Source of the DNA: an uncultured Lentisphaerales bacterium
GTDB taxonomy: Bacteria; Verrucomicrobiota; Kiritimatiellia; RFP12; JAAYLN01
Length of the DNA stretch: 61,265 bases
Direction of reading: 5' to 3'
NCBI GenBank assembly: GCA_964599645.1
Contig: CAZRGQ010000005.1
Location: 1 to 61,265, forward strand
In this document: piece by piece, positions 47,274 to 56,887 of the stretch
Layout: each line of letters starts with the position of its first letter
Numbering within the stretch: position 1 is the stretch's first letter
The notes under the pieces: generated by a model
The model's database searches: none
The model's input: only the letters and a program-made list of their open reading frames with translations
What the model was told of the DNA's origin: nothing
Program-made: the position numbers and the translations under genes

Positions 47274-48560
47274 CTAAAAGCTCAGCACCGCCATCGCCGT
47301 CGCATAGACGTCGCCACCGCTGCGCCCCCACTGGTCGAGCGCTGGCCAGTGAGCTCCTTCGTGACCAAGGCGCGACTCGTAGTTGCCTGCCAAACGCCGC
47401 TCCACCTCTCTGCGCGCCACACTGTCGCCCGTCAGGGTGGAAACACGGGCCAGGAAGTAGTCACGGTAGTAGTCGCTGCCATCTGATTGCACTCTCCCCA
47501 TCAGATCATACAACATGGCTACGGCAGCCGTTGCATCATCACTGAGCGCCTGATAGAGGTGCGCTCCTTCGATCAGAGAGGTGGCAGCCATCGCTGTCAG
47601 CGTTACCCGGCCATGTCCGGCCACAGCTATGCCAGGCTGGCGATAGCCAAATTCGTGGCCGTCGCTCTGCTGCCGCAACCAGGCCAGACCACGCCGCAGA
47701 TGCCCGCCATCATCGTTCCAGCCGCGCTCTTTGGCCTTCGTCAAGACCGCCAGTTGCCAGCTCGTCAAGGCCGTATTGCCGCTCCCTTCGCGGCCGTAGT
47801 CCCAGGCCCCTTGCGCTGTCTGGCGTGTGCGTGAAAAGTCGATGGCACGGCTACAAGCAGCATGTACCTTGCTGCGGCTGAGCACTTCATCCGGCAGATG
47901 CAAGAGAGCGTACGTTACGAAGGCCTGATTGTAGAGCTCCGCACCGCTGGTGCGGCAAAAAGCTCCCTCTGGTGTTTGCAGCGCCACCAGGGCTGCCACC
48001 GCCGCCTCAACCGCCGTCTCGTATCGCTCCGGTGCCTGCGACTGCAACGCCAGCAGCGCCAAAGCCGTGACAGCCGGGCGATAGGCATCGTTGCCGCCAG
48101 TGCGCATCGGCCGCCAGGTGCCATCGCTCTCCTGCTGCGCTGCCAACCAGTCGAGCGCCAACTCCTGTTGCTGTTTTGTATTCTCTACCACCACCACTTC
48201 ACCATCTGCTGTGCCATGCATCACATGGTGCGCCAACGGCAACAGACAGATCAGCAGCAGCGCTGCGGCCGCACTCCACCAGAGCGGTGCAGGCTGCAAA
48301 CGCAGCTCGCGACGCTCCAACCGTGCTTCACGCGCCACGGCCCCCATGATGCGCGTTGTCAACTCTCCGCTGGCCACGGCCTGCGGTGCCTCTTGCAGCA
48401 GCAGGAGTGTCTTCTGCAACGAGTCGACCTCACTCCGGCACTCTGGACACTTGTCCAGATGAGCGCCGAAGAGTTCTCTCTGGCGCTGCGTCAAGCCACC
48501 GCTGGCCCACGCTGCTGCCATGTCGATTCGACGACAACTCTCACTCTCTGCTCTCTTCAC
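47274..48560 (-). CDS. Zinc-finger (HxxxCxxC) anti-sigma factor with C-terminal prenyltransferase-like alpha/alpha barrel
   Basis: HLDKCPEC, TM segment, ALDWLAAQQESDGTW, QTAQGAWDY, TALTSWQL; 4-bp overlap with the ECF gene. Confidence 0.8.
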   Translation of the reverse strand: MKRAESESCRRIDMAAAWASGGLTQRQRELFGAHLDKCPECRSEVDSLQKTLLLLQEAPQAVASGELTTRIMGAVAREARLERRELRLQPAPLWWSAAAALLLICLLPLAHHVMHGTADGEVVVVENTKQQQELALDWLAAQQESDGTWRPMRTGGNDAYRPAVTALALLALQSQAPERYETAVEAAVAALVALQTPEGAFCRTSGAELYNQAFVTYALLHLPDEVLSRSKVHAACSRAIDFSRTRQTAQGAWDYGREGSGNTALTSWQLAVLTKAKERGWNDDGGHLRRGLAWLRQQSDGHEFGYRQPGIAVAGHGRVTLTAMAATSLIEGAHLYQALSDDATAAVAMLYDLMGRVQSDGSDYYRDYFLARVSTLTGDSVARREVERRLAGNYESRLGHEGAHWPALDQWGRSGGDVYATAMAVLSF

Positions 48561-49114
48561 TTCTCTTCCGCTCCGGTAGTCAACTGCTGCCGCATCTGCC
48601 GCAGTCCGTTAAACATGCGCGACTTCACCGTACCAACCGGAATCTTGAGAATCCGGGCGATCTCGGCCTGCTCCAACCCCTGCAGCACACCGAGCACCAC
48701 TACCTCACGCATGGCGGGCGTAAGCTGCAACAGAGCCTGCTGAACCTCGTCTGAGAAGCCTTCGAAGGGAACCTGCCGGCTCCCCTGAACTGCAACTTCA
48801 GCCTCGTCAATCAGTCTGTCGCGCAACGCACGCCGCCGTTCCCGTCGTCGCAATTCGTCGATCCAGGTCTGACGTGCCAGCAGATAGAGAAAGGTTGTAA
48901 AGCGGGCACGCGGACGGTAACGCTTGCGATAGCGGTAGAGGCGCACAAAGGTCTGCTGCACCAGGTCCTCTGCATCTCTATTAACGCCCATGCGGAAAAA
49001 AAAGTTCAACAGCGGTTGTTGGTGGCGTCGTACCAGACTCTCAAGTGCATGCTGATCGCCCTTGGCAGCCTGCAACATCAAGGCGACATCTTCGTCTGGC
49101 AGCGTCTCGGACAT
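48557..49114 (-). CDS. ECF RNA polymerase sigma factor
   Basis: AEDLVQQTFVR, FTTFLYLLARQTWID, EIARILKIPVGTVKSRMF. Confidence 0.95.
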   Translation of the reverse strand: MSETLPDEDVALMLQAAKGDQHALESLVRRHQQPLLNFFFRMGVNRDAEDLVQQTFVRLYRYRKRYRPRARFTTFLYLLARQTWIDELRRRERRRALRDRLIDEAEVAVQGSRQVPFEGFSDEVQQALLQLTPAMREVVVLGVLQGLEQAEIARILKIPVGTVKSRMFNGLRQMRQQLTTGAEEK

Positions 49115-49129
49115 CGATAACCTGTTAGC

Positions 49130-51100
49130 TCAACGCCGCTCGCCTGCCGGAACTTCTACCAGCAGCAAGACCGGGTGTCCCCAGAAGGGTTTGCCGAAGC
49201 CGCCATTCTCCAGAATCGCTACGGTGCCGCCATCAGCCGTGATGTTCAACCCCCAAACCCCATTGCCGATAAAAAGTCCGAACTGTTGCCGGATGGCGGC
49301 ACTGAGAAAACCGATGATCTTGATCCGCCCCGTGGCAATCTCATACTGCATCAGCGCCATCGTGTCGTCGGCCCGTGGTGTCCAGTAGACAAATCGCTTG
49401 TCAGGAGAGAGCGCCATCTGCAACACCGGGAAGGACTCCGAACGCCCCGTCACGCCCAGCCGCTCCATCTGCATCCCGCGTTCCCAGTCAGGGCGGAAGC
49501 GGGTAAAGACACCCCCGAAATCGGTATAGTAGCGCCCTTCGCTGTCAGGCCCCGTCGCCCAGGCACCATGCAACGTCTGCTCCTTCGCCCCTTCGTAGAG
49601 CGGCACCTCGTCGTCGTGCCGCTTGAAACGGTTGCGGGCGGGATCGTAGCTGATAAAGCGATAGGGCTTTTCGCTCGTCTCAATCCCCCAGAAGTGACCC
49701 GTCGCCTCATCCAGCATCACACCGCGTGAACCCCACTTCCAGCCGTTGGGCGGTGCGCCGGCCAGAAGCGTCCGGCGCGCCTTCGTATCGTAAACCAGAA
49801 TGTTGGGTGTCAGGTCGCCGTTGGCAAAGAAGATACCCCGCTCGCGGTCGAGACGGCAGTTGGGCAGACTCTGTCCGATAATCGGCACCCCCAGATTCTC
49901 AAACTCGGCCGTATTGAGGTTGAAGTTGAAGAACCAGGAGCCACGGTAGCCAACGTCGTACCACGACTCCTGTGGATAAGGTCCGTGGTGTGTGGCGCCC
50001 CACAAGGTGCCGTCGGGCAGGACATCGAGGTGACCATGCACCTTGCCATCGGTATACATCCCGCCATGCCAGCCAAGGGCCGCCGTCAGATCGAGCACCC
50101 GCTCCAAACGCCCGCCACTGCGTCGTCCGCCGGGCGTATAGGCGTAGATGTTGATCTGTGCCCCCTTGCCACGATGATCACCGGCTGCCATTATGAGGCG
50201 TCCGTCGTCACTGCGTGTAATCGCGGCCCAGTTGGCCCAGCCGGCCTGGTAGGCTTCGCCTTCGGGAAAGTACTCCGGCACCATCTCCGGCAGCACCTGG
50301 AGCTTCACCTCCGGTGCCTGACGTGCAATCACATAGTCACCCAGCCGATACTGTGGGAAACCGGGTGGCGGCTCCAGAAAGGCCGCCGACTTGAGCGCGA
50401 CAAACTCCCGCTTGAGGCGCAACCCCGCCACATCGTAGAGATCGTTAAACTCGGCCCGCTCCTGTTCACCCTTGGTCAAACTCGCAAAGGAGTCGCTCAA
50501 GTCAGGCCGCCTGCCCTCATGCTGAGCCAGCCGCTTGGAACTCCCCTTGACCGGCCAGGCGAAACCCAACTGCTCTTTGCCGCCCATGAAGAGCTTGCCG
50601 CTACCTCTGATATCGACTCTGAAAGCCGCGTTGGTGATATATCCTGTCTCAGTGGAACTCCAGAAATAGCTGCGCCGCTGCCGCTCGTTAAGCTGTGCGA
50701 AGGGCGTGTTGGTACTGAAAGCGCCACCTGTCAAACCATACCTGGTCAGCGTCAGCAGCTCATGCGCCGTGGGCAGACGCCATGTGCCCGGTTTGGAACG
50801 GTCCCGCAACCCCTCCACCCCGGCAGCCGCAAGGTGCTGACACGCCTTCACCGCCTCTTCCCATGACAACGTCCCCAACTGCTCAACCTCGCGCAACCAC
50901 ACCAATCCCGTTTCGCGATCCTGCACCGTGCCGTCGCCCAGATCACGGAAGCGTTCGCCCGCTGCGGCTGCAATGGCAACGCCCCCCGCTACCAGCAGGA
51001 GCCAGGCCGTTTTTGCCACTCTAAACTCTCTGCGATGCTCTCTACTTGCTCTTTTGGTATCCATAGCCCCTATTAAAGCAGAAACCACCATCGGCGGCAA
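49130..51100 (-). CDS. Secreted DUF1566 (Lcl C-terminal-like) domain plus beta-propeller protein
   Basis: RFRDLGDGTVQDRETGLVW, WRLPTAHEL, YFWSST; the remainder is repeat-rich beta strand (DGKVHG, LPDGTLWGAT). Start uncertain. Confidence 0.7.
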   Translation of the reverse strand: MPPMVVSALIGAMDTKRASREHRREFRVAKTAWLLLVAGGVAIAAAAGERFRDLGDGTVQDRETGLVWLREVEQLGTLSWEEAVKACQHLAAAGVEGLRDRSKPGTWRLPTAHELLTLTRYGLTGGAFSTNTPFAQLNERQRRSYFWSSTETGYITNAAFRVDIRGSGKLFMGGKEQLGFAWPVKGSSKRLAQHEGRRPDLSDSFASLTKGEQERAEFNDLYDVAGLRLKREFVALKSAAFLEPPPGFPQYRLGDYVIARQAPEVKLQVLPEMVPEYFPEGEAYQAGWANWAAITRSDDGRLIMAAGDHRGKGAQINIYAYTPGGRRSGGRLERVLDLTAALGWHGGMYTDGKVHGHLDVLPDGTLWGATHHGPYPQESWYDVGYRGSWFFNFNLNTAEFENLGVPIIGQSLPNCRLDRERGIFFANGDLTPNILVYDTKARRTLLAGAPPNGWKWGSRGVMLDEATGHFWGIETSEKPYRFISYDPARNRFKRHDDEVPLYEGAKEQTLHGAWATGPDSEGRYYTDFGGVFTRFRPDWERGMQMERLGVTGRSESFPVLQMALSPDKRFVYWTPRADDTMALMQYEIATGRIKIIGFLSAAIRQQFGLFIGNGVWGLNITADGGTVAILENGGFGKPFWGHPVLLLVEVPAGERR

Positions 51101-51135
51101 CTTCTATCCGCAGCCCTGATCTGCCATTGAGTCGC

Positions 51136-52161
51136 TTAACTCTCTCCGCGCCGCGTGTGACGCCGCGCATAGTCAAATGCCGCAAAGAGACTGTCGGGCC
51201 GTACACGCCCCTGCCAGGCGATATCAAAGGCTGTCCCGTGGTCAGGCGAGGTACGGCAGAAGGGCAACCCGAGCGTCACATTAACCCCCTCATCGAAGGC
51301 CAGCATCTTGAAGGGGATCAGTCCCTGATCGTGATACATCGCCACGTAGGCATCAACCTCGCGACGCATCGGCTCACGAAAGGCGACGTCCGGTACCAGA
51401 GGTCCAAACGCCTCGATCCCCCCGGCTTGTGCCGCCGCCACGGCGGGTGTAATCGCCTCGCTTTCACTGCGTCCGAACAGCCCGCCCTCACCGGCATGCG
51501 GGTTGAGTCCCAACACCGCTATGCGCGGCTGCGGCCTCTTGGGTGTGCTGATGGCGCCATGCACCTGCCTGATCGTCGCCAACACCGCCGCTTCTGTTAT
51601 CAACGGGGTCACTTCTGCCAGCGCCACGTGTATCGTCACCAGACCCACTGCCAGACCGGGGCTCCAGAAAAACATCCGGGGCTCACGGCTCCCCGTCAGA
51701 CTCGCCAACATCTCGGTGTGTCCCGGAAAGTCGATACCGGCCGCCTGTAACGCCGCCTTGGAGAGTGGAGCCGTAACGACTCCATCGATACGCCCCCGGA
51801 GCGCATCTGCGGTGGCGGCGGCTACCCAGTCGTACGCCAACCTGCCACAAACAGCCGCAATTTGCCCCGGCACTATAGGCTCGTCTGGTGTTGTATCAAC
51901 CAGCACCGGACGTTGATCCTCCTCGCTCGCTTCCCACTCGCTGCCGGCTGTTACCAGCCGCACTCCCGCACAACCCGGCCATGGCAGACCGCTCGCCGCC
52001 GCAACCTCTTCCAGTAGCGTAGCGCTGCCGTAAATCACCAGACGCGCCGGACGCCACCGCGCCGGTGTCGCCAACGCATGCAGTGCCAACTCCGGACCCA
52101 CGCCGGCTACATCGCCCAGTGTCAGCCCCAAAATCGGAGCCTGTGTCTGCTCGCTACTCAA
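51136..52161 (-). CDS. pdxA: 4-hydroxythreonine-4-phosphate dehydrogenase PdxA family
   Basis: GDVAGVGPE, TAPLSK, FPGHTE, LNPHAGE, AMYHDQGLIPFK, RTSPDHGTAFDIA. Confidence 0.92.
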   Translation of the reverse strand: MSSEQTQAPILGLTLGDVAGVGPELALHALATPARWRPARLVIYGSATLLEEVAAASGLPWPGCAGVRLVTAGSEWEASEEDQRPVLVDTTPDEPIVPGQIAAVCGRLAYDWVAAATADALRGRIDGVVTAPLSKAALQAAGIDFPGHTEMLASLTGSREPRMFFWSPGLAVGLVTIHVALAEVTPLITEAAVLATIRQVHGAISTPKRPQPRIAVLGLNPHAGEGGLFGRSESEAITPAVAAAQAGGIEAFGPLVPDVAFREPMRREVDAYVAMYHDQGLIPFKMLAFDEGVNVTLGLPFCRTSPDHGTAFDIAWQGRVRPDSLFAAFDYARRHTRRGES

Positions 52162-52474
52162 CGTGAACTACACTGTTAAGTGTGCCGAAGCTGTTTGGTA
52201 CCCAATCTTTGCAGGCAGCATCTACGCACCAGGTGTCGTCCACAATAAACTTGTATTCGTAGACTCCCGGCGCCAGGTTCATCGTCACCTGGTAGTTGCC
52301 ATCGCCATTTTTATCGACCATCTTGCGTCCCTTGGGGTCCCAGTCGTTGAAGTCTCCCGAGACAGCCACCTTGTGGCCCGCCTCGGCGCTCAACGTAAAG
52401 GTAATCCGCCGTTTGCGCGGCGTCGTACCAGTCGTACGCTTGGTCGTTCTCTTTTTAGCCTTCTGTTCGCTCAT
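52154..52474 (-). CDS. Stand-alone glycogen-binding (CBM48 / isoamylase early-set) domain protein
   Basis: VAVSGDFNDW, LAPGVYEYKFIVDDTW, NSFGTLNSV; GAGGAG Shine-Dalgarno before ATG 52474. Confidence 0.88.
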   Translation of the reverse strand: MSEQKAKKRTTKRTTGTTPRKRRITFTLSAEAGHKVAVSGDFNDWDPKGRKMVDKNGDGNYQVTMNLAPGVYEYKFIVDDTWCVDAACKDWVPNSFGTLNSVVHVE

Positions 52475-52688
52475 CGTTCTCCTCGCTCTGGCACTGCCAC
52501 AATTAGGCTGTGCAGGTTTTTTGACAATACTCAATTAAGTGGCAATATACGCTGAAAAGGGTTGAAAGTCAATACGCACGATTTCACTCTTGTCCCATGA
52601 CCCTACAAATGCTAAACTTCATCTCACTCTATGAGTGGCACAAAACTGCGCCAAAACACCACTTTTCTCCACCAATATCGAGGACAAC

Positions 52689-53987
52689 ATGTCGATTCAG
52701 ATTGTCTGCTGGTCCACGCGGCAACCTACACCGGAGGTCGACGCCTTCCTCCAACGCCCCGCCTTTGATCCCGCTGCTGAAACCGCCGCCGCTACCGTTC
52801 TGGCCGAGATTCGTGCCAAGGGCGATCAGGCCGTTCTGGCCGCCGCCGACCGCTTTGACGGTGTCCACCTCAAGCTCTCTGAAATGCTCGTCAGCGAGGC
52901 CCGTCTTGAAGCCGCCACGGCCGCCACTACCGCAGCCGAGCGACGCGCCGTACGCGCCGCCCACAAACGCGTAACGGCCTTTGCCAAAGCCGGTCTGCGT
53001 CGTGACTGGGAGATCGCCACACCCCACGGTGGCCGTCTCGGCGAGCGCTTCCTGCCCCTGGAGCGTGTCGGCGTCTATATCCCCGGCGGCACCGCCCCGC
53101 TCGCCTCTACCGCCATCATGACCGCTGCCATCGCCAAGGTGGCCGGTGTGCGCGAAATCGTGGCCGTCACCCCCTGCAACCGCCGTAAGGAGATCGCCCC
53201 TGTCCTGCTCCATGCCCTCAAAGTTGCCGGTGCCACCGAAATCTACGGCGTCGGTGGCATCCAGGCCATCGGTATGCTCGCCTACGGTACACAATCTGTG
53301 CGTCCCGTACAGAAGATCGTCGGCCCCGGCGGCGCCTACGTCACCGCCGCCAAGCGTCAGGTCTACGGCCATGTGGCCCTCGACCTCGTTGCCGGACCAA
53401 GTGAAATCGCCATTCTGGCCGATAAAAATGCCAACCCGGCCTGGGTCGCTGCCGACCTCCTCTCACAGCTCGAACACGGCACCGGCCACGAAAAGGCCCT
53501 CCTGGCTACCGACTGCGCCGAGCTGGCGCAGGCCGTCAGCCACCAGCTTGCCTGGCAGCTCCAGAAGTTGAGCCGTGCCGACCGCATTACACCGATGCTG
53601 CCTCACGGGCTGCTTCTGGTCGTCACCCCGACGATCGAGCAGGGCGCCGAACTCTGCAACCGCTTCGCTCCCGAACACCTTGAAGTGATGGTCGCACGTC
53701 CGCGCCGCATCCTGCCCAAACTGACGACCGCCGGTGCCATCTTTCTCGGCTCCTGGACCCCTGAATCGGCTGGCGACTTCGCCGCCGGCCCCAGCCATGT
53801 GCTGCCTACCGGCGGTGCCGCCCGCTCCTTTTCGGGGCTCACAGTCGACGACTTCCGCCGCCGTACCAGCCTGATCGAGTATACCACGGCCGACCTCAAG
53901 GAGGCGCTGCCGATCATCGAGACTTTTGGTGCCATTGAGGGCCTTGATGCCCACGCCCGCGCCGGCTCCATCCGCTTTGAGGCCTGA
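52689..53987 (+). CDS. hisD: Histidinol dehydrogenase
   Basis: GVYIPGG, GGIQAI, KIVGPGGAYV, AGPSE, DLLSQLEH, APEHLE, AGPSHVLPT; GAGGA Shine-Dalgarno before ATG 52689. Confidence 0.97.
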   Translation: MSIQIVCWSTRQPTPEVDAFLQRPAFDPAAETAAATVLAEIRAKGDQAVLAAADRFDGVHLKLSEMLVSEARLEAATAATTAAERRAVRAAHKRVTAFAKAGLRRDWEIATPHGGRLGERFLPLERVGVYIPGGTAPLASTAIMTAAIAKVAGVREIVAVTPCNRRKEIAPVLLHALKVAGATEIYGVGGIQAIGMLAYGTQSVRPVQKIVGPGGAYVTAAKRQVYGHVALDLVAGPSEIAILADKNANPAWVAADLLSQLEHGTGHEKALLATDCAELAQAVSHQLAWQLQKLSRADRITPMLPHGLLLVVTPTIEQGAELCNRFAPEHLEVMVARPRRILPKLTTAGAIFLGSWTPESAGDFAAGPSHVLPTGGAARSFSGLTVDDFRRRTSLIEYTTADLKEALPIIETFGAIEGLDAHARAGSIRFEA

Positions 53988-53994
53988 GCCTGCC

Positions 53995-54261
53995 ATGACC
54001 CAATGCGCTATCGATGAAGCCCGCGTCTATCCGGCACCCTTCCATTTCCGAATTATTGTCCATGCCGACAGTCAGGCCCACACCAGTCTGGCCACCACGC
54101 TTGCCGACTACCGCGTAGTTGAGCCGCTCGCCTCCGGCAACTCATCCGGCAGCGGTCGCTATCTCTCACTCAATGTAACTGTCCACCTCGAAAGTCGCGA
54201 CGAGCATCAACGCCTCCACACCGCCATCCGCAACACTGCCGGTGTACGTCTCCTGCTCTGA
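53995..54261 (+). CDS. DUF493 (YbeD-like) family protein
   Basis: YPAPFHFRII...SSGSGRYLSLNVTV pattern; 88 aa. Confidence 0.75.
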   Translation: MTQCAIDEARVYPAPFHFRIIVHADSQAHTSLATTLADYRVVEPLASGNSSGSGRYLSLNVTVHLESRDEHQRLHTAIRNTAGVRLLL

Positions 54262-54288
54262 TCGCTAACTCCCAACCCCTTCCACACT

Positions 54289-55410
54289 ATGTTGTCTCTG
54301 CTTGGCAAATGGCTTGGCCCCCATTGGGGGCCGTTACGCCTGCTCAACTCCCACCTGATGCTGATCGCCAGCGGCACACTCTTCGCCGGGCTCCTTGTCT
54401 GGAGCCGTCTGCCGCGCCTCTGGCACCTCCTGCCCCACGACCAGGGCAAATCTCTCGCCGCCGACGGAGGTCAAAAATCAAAGGGCAAACCGACCGGTGC
54501 CGGACTCTGGATCTCCCTCCTGATCCTGCCCGTCATCCTCCTCGTCGTGCCACCCAGCCTCACCTTCTGGGGCATTCTGGTCGCCCTCTATCTGGCAATG
54601 TTCTTCGGCTACCTTGACGATGCCAGTGAAAAGCCCTGGGGTGAGCTGAAAAAGGGTCTGATCGATGCCGCCATCGCACTCTTTGCCGCCTGGTGCCTCT
54701 CGCAGGGCAAACCGGTCACACTCTGGTGGCCCTTTGTTAAAACCGCCACTCTCGTCTCGCCCTGGTACTACATACCCGGTGCGGCAGCGCTCCTCTGGTT
54801 TACCATGAACGCCACCAACTGCAGTGATGGCGTCGACGGACTCGCCGGCTCGCTCACCCTTATCTCCCTCTTCTCGCTCGCCGCCCTCCTCTACGGCGTC
54901 GTCGGCTACGCCCCGATCGCCGACTACCTCCTCATCCCCCACTACCCCGACAGCACCCGCTGGGCTATCCTCACGGCCACCATCGCCGGTGGTCTCGCCG
55001 GCTACCTCTGGCACAACGCCGAACCAAGCCGGGTTCTGATGGGCGATGCCGGTTCACGGATGCTGGGACTGCTGGTCGGCGTCGCCGTTTTGATGGCCGG
55101 CAACCCCTTTCTCGTCATCGTTGTCGCACCCGTAGTGCTGGTCAATGGCGGCACCGGCATGTTGAAGTTGATCCTGCTGCGCCTCCTTAAGCGCATCGGC
55201 TTCGATACCACTCACCCCAGTCAACTCTCACCCGCCGCCGCCGCACGGCAAAATGCGCTGGTACGCACCCTTCACCGCTACCGCTTCCCGCTGCACGACC
55301 ACTGCCGCAAAAATATGAAGTGGAAAAACTCCGAAGTGCTGTTGCGCTTCGTGCTGGTGCAGGCCTTCCTCACCCCGGCCCTCTTCGTCATCCTGATCAA
55401 GATCAGATAG
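54289..55410 (+). CDS. mraY: Phospho-N-acetylmuramoyl-pentapeptide transferase (MraY family)
   Basis: KPTGAG, GYLDD, NATNCSDGVDGLA, LMGDAGS, PLHDH; about 10 TM helices. Confidence 0.85.
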   Translation: MLSLLGKWLGPHWGPLRLLNSHLMLIASGTLFAGLLVWSRLPRLWHLLPHDQGKSLAADGGQKSKGKPTGAGLWISLLILPVILLVVPPSLTFWGILVALYLAMFFGYLDDASEKPWGELKKGLIDAAIALFAAWCLSQGKPVTLWWPFVKTATLVSPWYYIPGAAALLWFTMNATNCSDGVDGLAGSLTLISLFSLAALLYGVVGYAPIADYLLIPHYPDSTRWAILTATIAGGLAGYLWHNAEPSRVLMGDAGSRMLGLLVGVAVLMAGNPFLVIVVAPVVLVNGGTGMLKLILLRLLKRIGFDTTHPSQLSPAAAARQNALVRTLHRYRFPLHDHCRKNMKWKNSEVLLRFVLVQAFLTPALFVILIKIR

Positions 55411-55444
55411 CCGGATCCTGATCTGCAAAAGAGATGAGTGCTTT

Positions 55445-55598
55445 CTCTGCCACTCTTTATGCTCACCCCCTTGCGCTCATGGCTCGGCACAGCCTCGCCC
55501 TTGTAATCACACCAGACGCTTGATAGATACAACTGGAGGGCGAACCTGTGGTGAGCCGCCGGAGCAAGAGAAAGTGCATGAGCAAGCGGCATTTACAA
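55445..55598. repeat. Pair of oppositely oriented REP-like elements between convergent mraY and prmC
   Basis: 55445-55501 matches 39789-39846; 55504-55598 matches 24121-24216. Both carry the AGGGCGA...GAGCC core, on opposite strands. Confidence 0.8.
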
Positions 55599-55623
55599 CC
55601 AATCTCTCGCAATCTTGGGGCCA

Positions 55624-56505
55624 CTACATCCGGGCGACTACATGGCGTTCACGCCCCGCCAGATCACGTCGCACCTCGGCCATTGCAAAGCCGGCTCGCC
55701 GCATTAGCGCACAGACGTCGCGCCCCTGTCCGGCGCCGATCTCCAGAAAACACCACCCGCCCGCTTTGAGGCGCAGTGCCGCATCATTGACCACCTGCCT
55801 GATCACCACCAGGCCGTCATCTCCTCCATCCAGCGCCAGCCACGGCTCATGCTCCCGCAATCGTCGCGGCAACTGCCGACACACCTCGCTCGCAATATAG
55901 GGGGGATTGGAGACCACCACATCAAGCGTCGCCGCCGGCACCAGGGCACAGCTCTCACACTCGATAAACTCGATACGCTCCGCCACACCCACCCGCATTG
56001 CATTCTCCCTGGCCAACGACAGTGCCTCCCCGCTGATGTCGCTCGCCAGATACTCCCCTGCCGGCGCCTCGTGCGCCAGACTTACCACGATGCAGCCGCT
56101 GCCGGTCCCCACATCGATAATTCGCGGTCGCGGCTGACGCCACACCTCCTCCTGCCGCAGCACCAACTCCACCAACTGCTCCGTCTCGGGCCGTGGAATC
56201 AAGGCACGACGATCCACCGTCAGACTCAAACCACGGAAATCCCACTCACCAAGCACATACTGCAGCGGCTCGTCACTCCCCAGACGCACCACTCCACGAC
56301 GCAGCCGCTCAACCTCCTCGAGCTTGAGCCGCCGTGTCGACTGCAGTGTCAACTCCAGTCGCGGTATGCCAAGCTGATGCGCCGCCAGCCACTGACAGAG
56401 ACTCTCAGCTTCGGCGACGCCCCGCCGCCGCAACCACTGCACGCCTGCGGCCAGCAGCTCCCCCAGCGGACGTCCCGCCTCACCCTCCGCCGGCATCGTC
56501 GCCAC
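55624..56505 (-). CDS. prmC: Release factor glutamine methyltransferase
   Basis: EPLQYVLG, LIPRPETE, DVGTGSG, SNPPY, GGDDGL, LEIG, DLAGRER. Confidence 0.95.
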   Translation of the reverse strand: MATMPAEGEAGRPLGELLAAGVQWLRRRGVAEAESLCQWLAAHQLGIPRLELTLQSTRRLKLEEVERLRRGVVRLGSDEPLQYVLGEWDFRGLSLTVDRRALIPRPETEQLVELVLRQEEVWRQPRPRIIDVGTGSGCIVVSLAHEAPAGEYLASDISGEALSLARENAMRVGVAERIEFIECESCALVPAATLDVVVSNPPYIASEVCRQLPRRLREHEPWLALDGGDDGLVVIRQVVNDAALRLKAGGWCFLEIGAGQGRDVCALMRRAGFAMAEVRRDLAGRERHVVARM

Positions 56506-56512
56506 CTACACC

Positions 56513-56887
56513 TCAGAACGGCATGTCGACGTCATCTGCAAACGACTCATCGCCACCAAAAGGCGGCTCATTGTCACCGGCAGCCGCACCATCACCTGCC
56601 GCCACCGCATCCAGCCGCTCCAGACGGTAGGCTTCGATATTCACAAAGTGCCGCCCCTGATATTCGCGCCCGCGGATGTTGAAGTTCACACGCAAACGCT
56701 CTCCCGCCTGCACTCCATCCAACAGGCTGCAGCCATCCTTGATGCAGGCAATCAAGATATCCTGCGGATAGCGGTCGTCCTCAGTCGTCAATACAAACTC
56801 GCGTTTGCTAAAGCCGCTGGGAAAGGTCTGCGTCTCGTTAACCAGTTTGACAGTCCCTGTCATTTCAAAGCTCGTGCTCATGCTCAT
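56513..56887 (-). CDS. DUF3127 family OB-fold protein with SSB-like acidic tail
   Basis: GFSKREFVL, YPQDI, FNIRGREYQGRHFVNIEAY, C-terminal DDVDMPF. Confidence 0.85.
   Translation of the reverse strand: MSMSTSFEMTGTVKLVNETQTFPSGFSKREFVLTTEDDRYPQDILIACIKDGCSLLDGVQAGERLRVNFNIRGREYQGRHFVNIEAYRLERLDAVAAGDGAAAGDNEPPFGGDESFADDVDMPF

Noticed and set aside
45651-48560. Squalene-hopene cyclase / hopanoid biosynthesis genes
   Set aside because: QW-like repeats are present, but there is no DxDD catalytic motif, only a single barrel, and extracytoplasmic topology.
49130-51100. Diversity-generating retroelement target (DUF1566 domains can be DGR targets)
   Set aside because: No reverse transcriptase, Avd or template-repeat copy was seen, and the domain is N-terminal rather than at the variable C-terminal end.
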